Of a DNA stretch of 64,000 nucleotides, positions 9,789-17,932 are shown piece by piece; within the stretch, counting starts at the first letter, position 1, and each line of letters opens with the position of its first letter. Location of the stretch: assembly GCA_964440955.1 (NCBI GenBank), contig CAYTTP010000002.1, positions 18,372 through 82,371 on the forward strand, in the 5' to 3' direction. The position numbers and the translations under genes were made by a program. The notes beneath the pieces are model-generated. The model saw only the letters and a list, made by a program, of their open reading frames with translations, did no database searches and was not told the DNA's origin. This DNA comes from an uncultured Candidatus Saccharibacteria bacterium. GTDB taxonomy: Bacteria > Patescibacteriota > Minisyncoccia > Phycocordibacterales > WO2-35-19.

Positions 9789-12044
9789 ATGAATAAAAAA
9801 TTATCAACATTATTTTTTGTCGCGATCCTGGCACTGACTTTTGTGCCTAATTTTGCTTTTGCTATAACCGAAGCCGAATGTAAAGCCAAAGGCTCAAACT
9901 ATTTCTTCACGCCAGAACTTAGAATTAGCGAGTCGGAAGTAGTGCCAGCCAACTGTACAGAGAGGACTCAAGAAGTAAGAGATAGGGGGAACCAGGTAAT
10001 GAGTGAAATGCAATCAAACGGCAGCAATCTTTTGGGTGTAATGTTTGAGCCATTGTTCAAAGGCATAGGGCAACTACTCATGACTCTTTCATCACTCGTC
10101 CTCCTTACAGTAGGGAAGCTTTTTGATTTGAGTATTACCTACACGATCATTGATATGGCAAAAAACCTAGGGCCAGACGGTATCGGCAAGGCTATCGAAG
10201 GAGCTTGGGCAACCCTAAGAGATTTGGCCAATATATTTTTTATCTTCATACTTATATATGCCGCCTTTAAGGCAATGTTTGACCTAAATCCAACTAGCAT
10301 AGGTGGCACAGTCAAAAATATAATCATAGTCGCCCTGCTTATAAACTTCAGTCTCTTTTTGTCAAAAGTGGTTATTGATGCTTCCAATGTAGTGGCAATT
10401 GGGTTTTATAAATCAATCAGTGTTCAAGAAACATATAATTTAAATTCGGGAACCATTGACGATGATGGAAATATCCTCCCCCGACCAACTGAAGTGACAG
10501 GTATAACCGGTGGTTATATGAACCTGCTTGGGATGAATGGTTGGTTTTCATCAAAAATCCTTGATACCAATGTCAGAGCCTCTACCGCAATGGCGCTTGG
10601 TGTCATGAGTTCGATATTCATGATTGTGACAGCAGTTGTTTTTGGCATCACCGCTTTTATGTTGATCGCTCGCTACATCATTCTTATATTTTTGCTCGTA
10701 CTCTCTCCGCTTGCTGCTATTTCATATATGATCCCCGGACAAAGCTCGTATTTTGATAAGTGGTGGAAAATGCTTCTAAACCAAGCCCTCTTTGCTCCAG
10801 TTTTCTTTGCTATGACCTGGGTCGTATTTAAAGTGGCCGGACATCCAAAATTTTTGGGCTCACTATCAGACAAAATATCAGGAAAAGTTTTTGTTGAAAC
10901 AATAACAAACGGTGCCGATACTGGGGTCGCTGCCATTGTTTTAAACTTTGTTTTGATCACCGGCTTCTCAGTCGCTGCGCTTATAGTATCAAAGAGTATT
11001 GCCTCAAAGACCGAAGGTTTCAACGCCATCACTGCCGGCGCGGCTGGAGCAGTTTTTGGAGGCAGTGCTCTTGCAATGAGAAATACCGTCGGCAGAGCTT
11101 CGTCACTTGTTAGTGACAAATATAGGGATAGGTTGGAAAAATCCGCCATCGGCAGAAGTACACTTTGGCTTGCCAATAAAGGTAAGGGAGCAAGCTTCGA
11201 TACTCGTGGTATTGACCTAGGTAAAGTACCTGGAGTTGGTGGGTATATCAAAAAAGAAGCTGACATCCTAGGCAAGGCAGGTGGTGCTGGTGGCTTTGCT
11301 AAAGCAGTCAAAACAAAAGCAGAAGCTAAGGAAAAATACGCTAAGGAGGTTTATGGTCAAAGTGAAAATGAAAAAGATGAGATTAAGAAAATCAAAAAAG
11401 ATAAAAATTTGACAGACAAGATAAATCTAGACCGCGAGATTGCAGAAACTAAAACAGCAACCGAAGCAAAAGAAAAGGAAGAGAAGAGAAAGAAATATGC
11501 TGATACAATACTTGGAGAATACAATACTAGATTGGCAGAACTAAATAAAGAGAGAGTAGTTAAACAGAGAGAAGTGAGTGCAGAGAAAGATGAAGACAGA
11601 AAGAAAGTATTAACCACAGAGTTAAGTAATATCTTGGCTAGTATCAACCTTGAAAAAGAGGGGAGAAAAGAAAAGGAGAAGGATATGGAAAATAATGATG
11701 CAACATACAAAGACTTGAAAGAAAAGGCTGATGAAGCTAAAGAGGCCGCCAAAAAAGCAAAGGAACAGAGAAATAAAAAGGAATACGATGATAGTGAATA
11801 TGGCGAGAGATTGAAGGATATAAAGGATAGAGCCAAGAAGCGCCAAGGAATGTATGCAGAAAGATTGAGAAAAATGCCATTTGTTGGTTGGACACAAGGT
11901 AGTGAAGCGGCGGCAAGAAAAGTTGAAGCTCTCACAGAAGAGAAGTCGAAAAGTCAAAAAGCGGCTGACCTTTTAACTGAATTTGCAAAAGATGCCACAC
12001 CTACTCCACCCCCACCGACACCTCCAACCACCCCAACAACATAA
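9789..12044 (+). CDS. TrbL/VirB6-like polytopic membrane protein with a long Lys/Glu-rich coiled-coil tail and a PT-rich C-terminus
   Basis: Signal peptide, then about 6-7 TM helices over some 350 aa, then about 270 aa of KEKE-type low complexity ending PTPPPPTPPTTPTT. It sits next to the VirB4-like gene. Confidence 0.5.
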   Translation: MNKKLSTLFFVAILALTFVPNFAFAITEAECKAKGSNYFFTPELRISESEVVPANCTERTQEVRDRGNQVMSEMQSNGSNLLGVMFEPLFKGIGQLLMTLSSLVLLTVGKLFDLSITYTIIDMAKNLGPDGIGKAIEGAWATLRDLANIFFIFILIYAAFKAMFDLNPTSIGGTVKNIIIVALLINFSLFLSKVVIDASNVVAIGFYKSISVQETYNLNSGTIDDDGNILPRPTEVTGITGGYMNLLGMNGWFSSKILDTNVRASTAMALGVMSSIFMIVTAVVFGITAFMLIARYIILIFLLVLSPLAAISYMIPGQSSYFDKWWKMLLNQALFAPVFFAMTWVVFKVAGHPKFLGSLSDKISGKVFVETITNGADTGVAAIVLNFVLITGFSVAALIVSKSIASKTEGFNAITAGAAGAVFGGSALAMRNTVGRASSLVSDKYRDRLEKSAIGRSTLWLANKGKGASFDTRGIDLGKVPGVGGYIKKEADILGKAGGAGGFAKAVKTKAEAKEKYAKEVYGQSENEKDEIKKIKKDKNLTDKINLDREIAETKTATEAKEKEEKRKKYADTILGEYNTRLAELNKERVVKQREVSAEKDEDRKKVLTTELSNILASINLEKEGRKEKEKDMENNDATYKDLKEKADEAKEAAKKAKEQRNKKEYDDSEYGERLKDIKDRAKKRQGMYAERLRKMPFVGWTQGSEAAARKVEALTEEKSKSQKAADLLTEFAKDATPTPPPPTPPTTPTT

Positions 12045-12047
12045 AAA

Positions 12048-12611
12048 ATGGAAACAAAAGAAATTATAAAAGAAAGACTTGATATATTGGGAGACGAACT
12101 AAGAGAATTCATCTTAAATGAAGGTTGGAGAAGTGATGTTAAAAAAATATGTGAGAGGTATGCTCTTGACGAAGAGCAATCCACTGTGTTTGAGAATGAA
12201 GTATTTTTTTCCTTGCTCTGTATAGAAAAAACAAGCGATATTGAAAAGAATCTAAAAGACTATGGTGGCTTTGAGGAACAGTTGGCGGGGTGGGTTTCAG
12301 AAGAAGCGCAAAAATATATATTCAATAATGTTCAAGAGTATATAAGTGAATTTTGGCAAAGTATGAATGAAATAGCCCAGGAGCAAGAACCTGCAAAAAA
12401 AGAAAGGCAAATAAATACGGGAAATGATTTTGAGCAGTTGATCATAAACCAAGCGCGAGCAATGCAGCCTGCCCGAATCGCCTCGAGCGAAGCCGTAGCG
12501 GGCGGGCCTGCCCGAACAGGCGAAGCGCCACAAAATTTACCTACACAGGATAAACCAAGAGTGATACATAATTATATCGGGCAAGATCCGTATAGGGAGG
12601 CAGTCGAATGA
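12048..12611 (+). CDS. Hypothetical acidic cytoplasmic protein
   Basis: No TM segments; the 3' end contains a local GC-rich stretch (12460-12540) carrying a CCTGCCCGAA direct repeat. Confidence 0.35.
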   Translation: METKEIIKERLDILGDELREFILNEGWRSDVKKICERYALDEEQSTVFENEVFFSLLCIEKTSDIEKNLKDYGGFEEQLAGWVSEEAQKYIFNNVQEYISEFWQSMNEIAQEQEPAKKERQINTGNDFEQLIINQARAMQPARIASSEAVAGGPARTGEAPQNLPTQDKPRVIHNYIGQDPYREAVE

Positions 12612-12637
12612 ATCATGAAGTATGAATTATGAATCAA
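12606..12637. repeat. AT-rich GAATTATGAAT-type repeat, left arm flanking the four-helix-bundle gene
   Basis: GAATGAATCATGAAGTATGAATTATGAATCAAG; it contains the stop codon of the upstream gene and the start codon of the 4HB gene. Confidence 0.6.
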
Positions 12638-13014
12638 GTAGTCAAAAAATAAAATCTTTTACAGATCTCAATAGTTGGAAAGAGGGACATAGGTTAGTGG
12701 TGATGATATATAAAATAACAAAAGGTTTTCCAAAGGAAGAGCTTTTTGGGCTAACAAATCAAATAAGAAGAGCTGCTATTTCTATAACATCAAATATTGC
12801 AGAGGGATTCAGTAGAAGTACTTTTAAGGATAAGTCACATTTCTATTCGATAGCATTAGGCTCGCTAACTGAAACCCAAAACCAACTTATTATTGCCAGA
12901 GATGTCGGGTATTTAGATACTAAAAAATTTCATGAAATAGGATTACAAACAGTTGTAGTTAGTAAACTCTGTAATGGCTTGCTAAAATCTAATAGAACTA
13001 AGCATAATTCATGA
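12622..13014 (+). CDS. Four-helix-bundle protein (23S rRNA intervening-sequence protein family)
   Basis: 130-aa sequence with the characteristic EGF.R...EK..FY.IA.GSL.E..TQL.IA pattern; flanked on both sides by AT-rich inverted repeats. Confidence 0.55.
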   Translation: MNYESSSQKIKSFTDLNSWKEGHRLVVMIYKITKGFPKEELFGLTNQIRRAAISITSNIAEGFSRSTFKDKSHFYSIALGSLTETQNQLIIARDVGYLDTKKFHEIGLQTVVVSKLCNGLLKSNRTKHNS

Positions 13015-13036
13015 TTCTTAATTCATAATTCATTTC
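13003..13036. repeat. AT-rich repeat, right arm, inverted relative to the 12606 arm
   Basis: CATAATTCATGATTCTTAATTCATAATTCATTTC; it contains the 4HB stop codon. Confidence 0.6.
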
Positions 13037-13041
13037 TTTTC

Positions 13042-13455
13042 ATGAGATTCCAAGTCCCACAGTTTATAGACGTCGAAGACAAAATATTTGGGCCACTAAC
13101 CCTTAAGCAGTTTATATATTTGGCTGGCGGAGCAAGCGTACTTCTTGTCACCACTACTATGTTTGGACTTTTCTTTGGCTTACTCCTCGCTTCCCCAGTC
13201 GTCCTCCTTGCTATCGCTCTTGCATTTTATAAAATAAACAACCGACCATTCATCCACGCTCTTGAAGCCGCCTTCATTTACCTCACTAAAGACAAACTCT
13301 ATATTTGGAAAAAAACTGAGGAGCAACGAGTCGAAACAAACAACGAACAAAAATATAAAGGATTGTCAGTACCAAACCTATCAAACAGCAAATTGAAAGA
13401 TATGAACTGGCAACTCGACACAAAGAGGGGAGAAGAATCGAAGACTGGTATATAA
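13042..13455 (+). CDS. PrgI/VirB3-like small membrane protein
   Basis: 137 aa with a conserved N-terminal stretch (FQVPQFIDVEDKIFGPLTLKQFIYL) followed by two adjacent TM helices; this is the PrgI-family architecture. Confidence 0.5.
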   Translation: MRFQVPQFIDVEDKIFGPLTLKQFIYLAGGASVLLVTTTMFGLFFGLLLASPVVLLAIALAFYKINNRPFIHALEAAFIYLTKDKLYIWKKTEEQRVETNNEQKYKGLSVPNLSNSKLKDMNWQLDTKRGEESKTGI

Positions 13456-13465
13456 TAAATAGTAA

Positions 13466-14089
13466 ATGGCTAACAACGCTACTCAAGAATTTGTCCCGAT
13501 AGACGATGTGCGCGACGGCGTCGTTATTTTGAAAGACGGTAGTATTCGCTACGTACTTATGGCTTCGAGCATAAACTTTTCCCTAAAGTCAGCTGACGAA
13601 AGGCAGGCCATCCTCCTTCAGTTTCAAGATTTTTTGAACTCTCTGGATTTTTCAGTTCAAATATTGGTCGAGTCTCGAAAACTTGATATACGGCCCTACA
13701 TAGCTGTTTTGGAAGAGCGATACAAAGCCCAAACCAACGATCTTATGAAAGTTCAGATCGAACAATACATCGAATTCGTCCGAAGCTTCACCGAGTCGTC
13801 AAATATAATGACCAAAAATTTCTTTATCATCGTACCTTACGACTCAGCAATAATATCGACCCAGTCCGGATTTCTCGGTAGTTTGGTCAGCAAAAAGGAC
13901 GCCAAAAAACAACAAGACGATAGCTTTGAAGAAAATCGAAACCAACTCGAACAGCGAGTAAGTGTGGTCGAGCAAGGTTTGTCGAGATGTGGAGTAAGAG
14001 TTGCAAGGCTTGGAACCGATGAAGTGGTAGAATTATTTTACAAAGTATTTAACCCTGGCGAATCAGAAAAACCAATCAAAATTAGTTAG
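13466..14089 (+). CDS. Hypothetical protein resembling the extreme N-terminus of VirB4/TrbE ATPases
   Basis: FVPIDDVRDGVVILKDGSIRYVLMASSINF...ERQAILLQFQDFLNSL resembles the VirB4 N-terminal region. A 100-nt spacer separates it from the ATPase ORF. Confidence 0.35.
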   Translation: MANNATQEFVPIDDVRDGVVILKDGSIRYVLMASSINFSLKSADERQAILLQFQDFLNSLDFSVQILVESRKLDIRPYIAVLEERYKAQTNDLMKVQIEQYIEFVRSFTESSNIMTKNFFIIVPYDSAIISTQSGFLGSLVSKKDAKKQQDDSFEENRNQLEQRVSVVEQGLSRCGVRVARLGTDEVVELFYKVFNPGESEKPIKIS

Positions 14090-14101
14090 AAACTAATTTT
14101 A

Positions 14102-14183
14102 GAATCAAGAATTATGAATCACGAATTATGGTACGAAAAGAAAAATGGGTTGTATGATTCATACTTCATAATTCATAATTCAA
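14102..14183. repeat. AT-rich inverted-repeat pair with nothing between the arms (25-nt spacer), lying between the two VirB4-related ORFs
   Basis: GAATCAAGAATTATGAATCACGAATTATGG ... TGATTCATACTTCATAATTCATAATTCAA. Confidence 0.6.
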
Positions 14184-14192
14184 TTTAAAAAT

Positions 14193-15989
14193 ATGTTTGA
14201 TTTTTTCAAGAAAAAAGAAAACAAAAAATTGACCAATGTCTCGGTTTTACCGACCACTATCACCGAGAGTGCCGAGCTCGAATTGCGCGATATTTTGGCG
14301 CCCTCAGCCCTAAAGGTTAACGCCAAAGAACTAAACTTGGGTGAAAAGTTAGTGCGTAGCTTCTTCGTCATTTCATACCCACGCTTTCTTTCTGAGGATT
14401 GGTTTTCACCGATTATCAATATGGATAAAATGTTCGATGTCTCTATTTTTATTCACCCGCTTGAAACAGCCAAAGTTCTTCGCACTTTCCAAAAAAAAGT
14501 AGCCGAAGTTCAAAGCCAAATCCGTACTCGGGAAGAAAAGGGGTTGGTACGCGACCCAGTACTCGACACTGCCTACCAAGACCTTGAGAACTTGCGTGAC
14601 GACCTCCAACAGGCGCAGGAAAAAATGTTTGAGGTTGGCCTTTATGTCTCTGTTTATGCAACCACAAGCGAAGAACTCGATAAGGTAGAGTCCGAAATAA
14701 AGTCAATGATGGAGTCGAAACTCGTCTACATCAAACCGGCCCTGTTTCAACAAGAACAGGGTTTTCGCAGCATCTTACCGATCGCCAAAGACGACCTATC
14801 GGTTCACTCTAAAATAAATTCGTCACCACTTTCAAGCGTTTTCCCATTCATTTCCTTTGACCTTACCTCCGACAAAGGTATCCTCTACGGAATAAACCGA
14901 CACAATTCGTCTTTAGTTCTTTTTGATCGCTTCTCGCTAGAAAATTACAACTCAGTATGTCTCGCTAAATCAGGGTCAGGAAAGTCTTTTGCCACCAAAC
15001 TTGAAATATTGCGTACTCTCATGTTTGACGCAGAAGTAATAGTTATTGATCCAGAAAATGAATATGAATATATGGCGGAAGCGGTCGGTGGCCGATATTT
15101 CAACATCTCCCTCAACTCTGACCACCATATAAACCCATTTGAATTGCCAATACCAGGTGAAGACGAGTCAAGTGCAGCAGTTTTGAGAAGCCAAATAATA
15201 AACTTGGTTGGGTTGTTTCGTATCATGATGGGTGGGCTCACTCGCGAAGAAGACGCTATCATTGATCAAGCAATAACCGAAACCTATGCCTTGAAAGACA
15301 TCACGGCCGACTCCGATTTTAAAAATATTGAACCCCCTCTTTTATCTGACTTTGAGCTCGTGCTTGGTGGTATGGAAGGAGGAGCATCACTTGCTCAACG
15401 TATTTCAAAATATACCAGAGGTACTTGGGCAAACTTTATAAACAGGCCATCAAACATCGATATCAACAAACAATTCATTGTTTTTTCAATCCGAGACATG
15501 GAGGATGAGTTGAAGCCAGTCGCTATGTATATCGTAACCCACTATATATGGAACGCGATCCGTCGCGAACTCAAAAAACGCCTGCTTGTGATTGATGAGG
15601 CTTGGTGGATGATGAAGTCCGAGGATACCGCTTCGTTTTTGCTTTCACTCGCAAAACGCGGCCGAAAATACTATCTTGGACTCGCCACCATCACCCAAGA
15701 CGTTGACGACTTTTTGAAATCGCCTTATGGTACACCAATCATCAGCAACTCCTCGATCCAAATACTTCTAAAGCAGTCGCCAACTACCATCGACCGGCTT
15801 CAAGAAGTCTTCAACCTCACCGATGAGGAAAAATATTTGTTGCTCGAGTCGGGAGTAGGGGAGGGAATATTTTTTGCCGGACTCAAACATGTGGCGATCA
15901 AAATAATCGCTTCTTACACCGAAAGCCAAATTATCACTTCCGATCCTTCCCAAATACTTGCCATCAAGCAAATGAAAAATAAGTTATAA
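14193..15989 (+). CDS. virB4: VirB4/TraC/TrbE-family type IV secretion ATPase
   Basis: Walker A CLAKSGSGKSFATK; Walker B LLVIDEAWWMM; LGLATITQD motif. Confidence 0.8.
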   Translation: MFDFFKKKENKKLTNVSVLPTTITESAELELRDILAPSALKVNAKELNLGEKLVRSFFVISYPRFLSEDWFSPIINMDKMFDVSIFIHPLETAKVLRTFQKKVAEVQSQIRTREEKGLVRDPVLDTAYQDLENLRDDLQQAQEKMFEVGLYVSVYATTSEELDKVESEIKSMMESKLVYIKPALFQQEQGFRSILPIAKDDLSVHSKINSSPLSSVFPFISFDLTSDKGILYGINRHNSSLVLFDRFSLENYNSVCLAKSGSGKSFATKLEILRTLMFDAEVIVIDPENEYEYMAEAVGGRYFNISLNSDHHINPFELPIPGEDESSAAVLRSQIINLVGLFRIMMGGLTREEDAIIDQAITETYALKDITADSDFKNIEPPLLSDFELVLGGMEGGASLAQRISKYTRGTWANFINRPSNIDINKQFIVFSIRDMEDELKPVAMYIVTHYIWNAIRRELKKRLLVIDEAWWMMKSEDTASFLLSLAKRGRKYYLGLATITQDVDDFLKSPYGTPIISNSSIQILLKQSPTTIDRLQEVFNLTDEEKYLLLESGVGEGIFFAGLKHVAIKIIASYTESQIITSDPSQILAIKQMKNKL

Positions 15990-15996
15990 TTGGGTA

Positions 15997-16998
15997 ATGA
16001 AAAGCTTTTTCAAAACAGCATTTCTACTTGTCGCCACCTTTTCATTTTTGTTTTTTTCTAATCGGGTTTTGGCGATTTCGATAAATCTGCCGTACAGCCT
16101 GAGCAATGAGCTTGGTGTCGAAATAATACCCGAATATCCGCGACCAAACGAGCAAGTTTGGGTAAACCTCACTCTTTATACCGACAACCTAAATTCGGCC
16201 AATATCTCTTGGTATATTGACGACAAGCTCGTCGAATATGGCATCGGTCTTACTTCCTACTCATTCAAAATGGGCGAGGCCGGAGTGGGGAAAAAAGTCA
16301 CCATAAAAGTAGTATTGGCAAATGGCGCCTCTTTTACAAAGGAAATTTCGCTCACTCCATCGAGTGTTGATTTGATATGGGAAGCACTTTCATACACCCC
16401 ACCTTTTTATAAAGGTCGCGCACTTCACCCCGCCCAAGGGATAGTAAAAGTAGTCGCCATGCCTGAGTTTTATAAAGACGGATCGCGAGTTAAGCCCGAG
16501 AACTTGATTTATAATTGGTCAAATGACGTCGAGGCTTATCAAAGCCAATCAGGCTACGGCAAAAATGTTTTGTTGATAAACGGCTCTCTTATTGGCGATA
16601 TTGACTCGATAAACTTACTCGTAACCGACCCAGGCAAAGGGCTCGCCGCTCAAAATTCCATCTCTATCAACCCATCCGATTCAAGCATAGTTTTTTACAA
16701 AAACGATCCTTATTATGGATTCTCATTGGACAAAGCTTTGTTTGGAACATACAACCTAAAAGAAGAGGAAGTGGAGCTTTTCGCCGCACCATATAACATG
16801 AGTCCTGAATCTTCGACAAACCTGGAGTATTCCTGGAGCTTGAATGGAACTCAAATAAATAGTTTGAACGGTTCACGTACCGCCCTTTTCAAAAAAACTG
16901 AAGAGGAAGGTAGCTCGGAGCTTTTATTTAGAGCAACCAACAACAACCGCATCCTACAATTTACTGAGAACAGCCTTGTGATAAGATTTAGTAAATAA
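15997..16998 (+). CDS. Hypothetical secreted beta-rich protein (T4SS-locus associated)
   Basis: Cleavable signal peptide ending RVLAIS, then a 300-aa extracytoplasmic region. Confidence 0.4.
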   Translation: MKSFFKTAFLLVATFSFLFFSNRVLAISINLPYSLSNELGVEIIPEYPRPNEQVWVNLTLYTDNLNSANISWYIDDKLVEYGIGLTSYSFKMGEAGVGKKVTIKVVLANGASFTKEISLTPSSVDLIWEALSYTPPFYKGRALHPAQGIVKVVAMPEFYKDGSRVKPENLIYNWSNDVEAYQSQSGYGKNVLLINGSLIGDIDSINLLVTDPGKGLAAQNSISINPSDSSIVFYKNDPYYGFSLDKALFGTYNLKEEEVELFAAPYNMSPESSTNLEYSWSLNGTQINSLNGSRTALFKKTEEEGSSELLFRATNNNRILQFTENSLVIRFSK

Positions 16999-16999
16999 G

Positions 17000-17929
17000 A
17001 TGAAAAATTTAAAGTATATACTAACGATAATATTTTTTGCTACGATCGTAACAATACCAGCATTACCCTTCTCAATAAGCGCTCAAGAGAGTTATAAATC
17101 AAGGGGGGAATATACCTTACTCGCTCCACTACCTAAAGTGACTGATTGTACCGATGAACAGGTAGCAGCAGGAAATGTTGAATGCAAAACTGATATTAAA
17201 AAATATGTAGAGGGGATGTTCCAACTTTTGCTCGGTCTTGCTTCTGTTTTCACTGTTGGTTCAATAGTGTATGGAGGGTTTGAGTACATAACGACCGACA
17301 ACTTCATGGGTAAGTCCGATGGTATAAAAAGGATCCAAAATTCCCTTTGGGGTTTGGTCCTTGTTATTTGTTCTTGGATCGTCCTCTATACCATAAACCC
17401 ACGACTAATCCAGGATCTTGATTTGAATATAGAACCGGCTGTATTGGAAAAGAGGTTCAATAGTGGATCATTGACACCACCATCAACACCAGGGAGACCA
17501 ATGACAGAAGATGAGTTGGTGGCAAGCGAGGAAGTTAAATTAGAGTTGGAAAGCGCTAATATAACCGTCTATAAAGGACCTTGCGCCCAAGGACAAACTA
17601 CCCTTTGTGTAAACTTAAATGGTCTAAACCAAAACCTGATTGATGGCGCAAAAAGCTTAAAATCAAGCTGTAATTGTAATATAACAATAACCGGAGGAAC
17701 TGAAGCGGGTCACAGTACTGGTTCGTCACATAATACTGGAAATGCTTTGGATATGAGTTTTGAATCTAACTTAGATAAATACATTTCAGATAATAAAACC
17801 GGTGCACCAGAGAGGGTGGTGGTAAGAAATGTTTATATAGGTGATAGATACATGGTCAATGTAAATGGAAAAACAATGACATTCCTAAAAGAATTGAACC
17901 CACCACATTGGCATGTAGAAATGAGATAA
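17000..17929 (+). CDS. VirB2/TrbC pilin-like N-terminal module fused to a C-terminal M15/LAS zinc peptidoglycan peptidase domain
   Basis: Signal peptide plus two hydrophobic helices (pilin-like), then SSHNTGNALD (M15 SxHxxGxAxD motif) and HWH (M15 xWH motif). Confidence 0.5.
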   Translation: MKNLKYILTIIFFATIVTIPALPFSISAQESYKSRGEYTLLAPLPKVTDCTDEQVAAGNVECKTDIKKYVEGMFQLLLGLASVFTVGSIVYGGFEYITTDNFMGKSDGIKRIQNSLWGLVLVICSWIVLYTINPRLIQDLDLNIEPAVLEKRFNSGSLTPPSTPGRPMTEDELVASEEVKLELESANITVYKGPCAQGQTTLCVNLNGLNQNLIDGAKSLKSSCNCNITITGGTEAGHSTGSSHNTGNALDMSFESNLDKYISDNKTGAPERVVVRNVYIGDRYMVNVNGKTMTFLKELNPPHWHVEMR

Positions 17930-17932
17930 AAA

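Noticed and set aside
11357-11957. Antisense ORFs of 192 aa and 111 aa opposite the 3' part of the TrbL-like gene
   Set aside because: They are the complement of a purine-rich KEKE-coding low-complexity region. Their Ser/Phe/Leu-rich translations are a typical mirror-image artefact.
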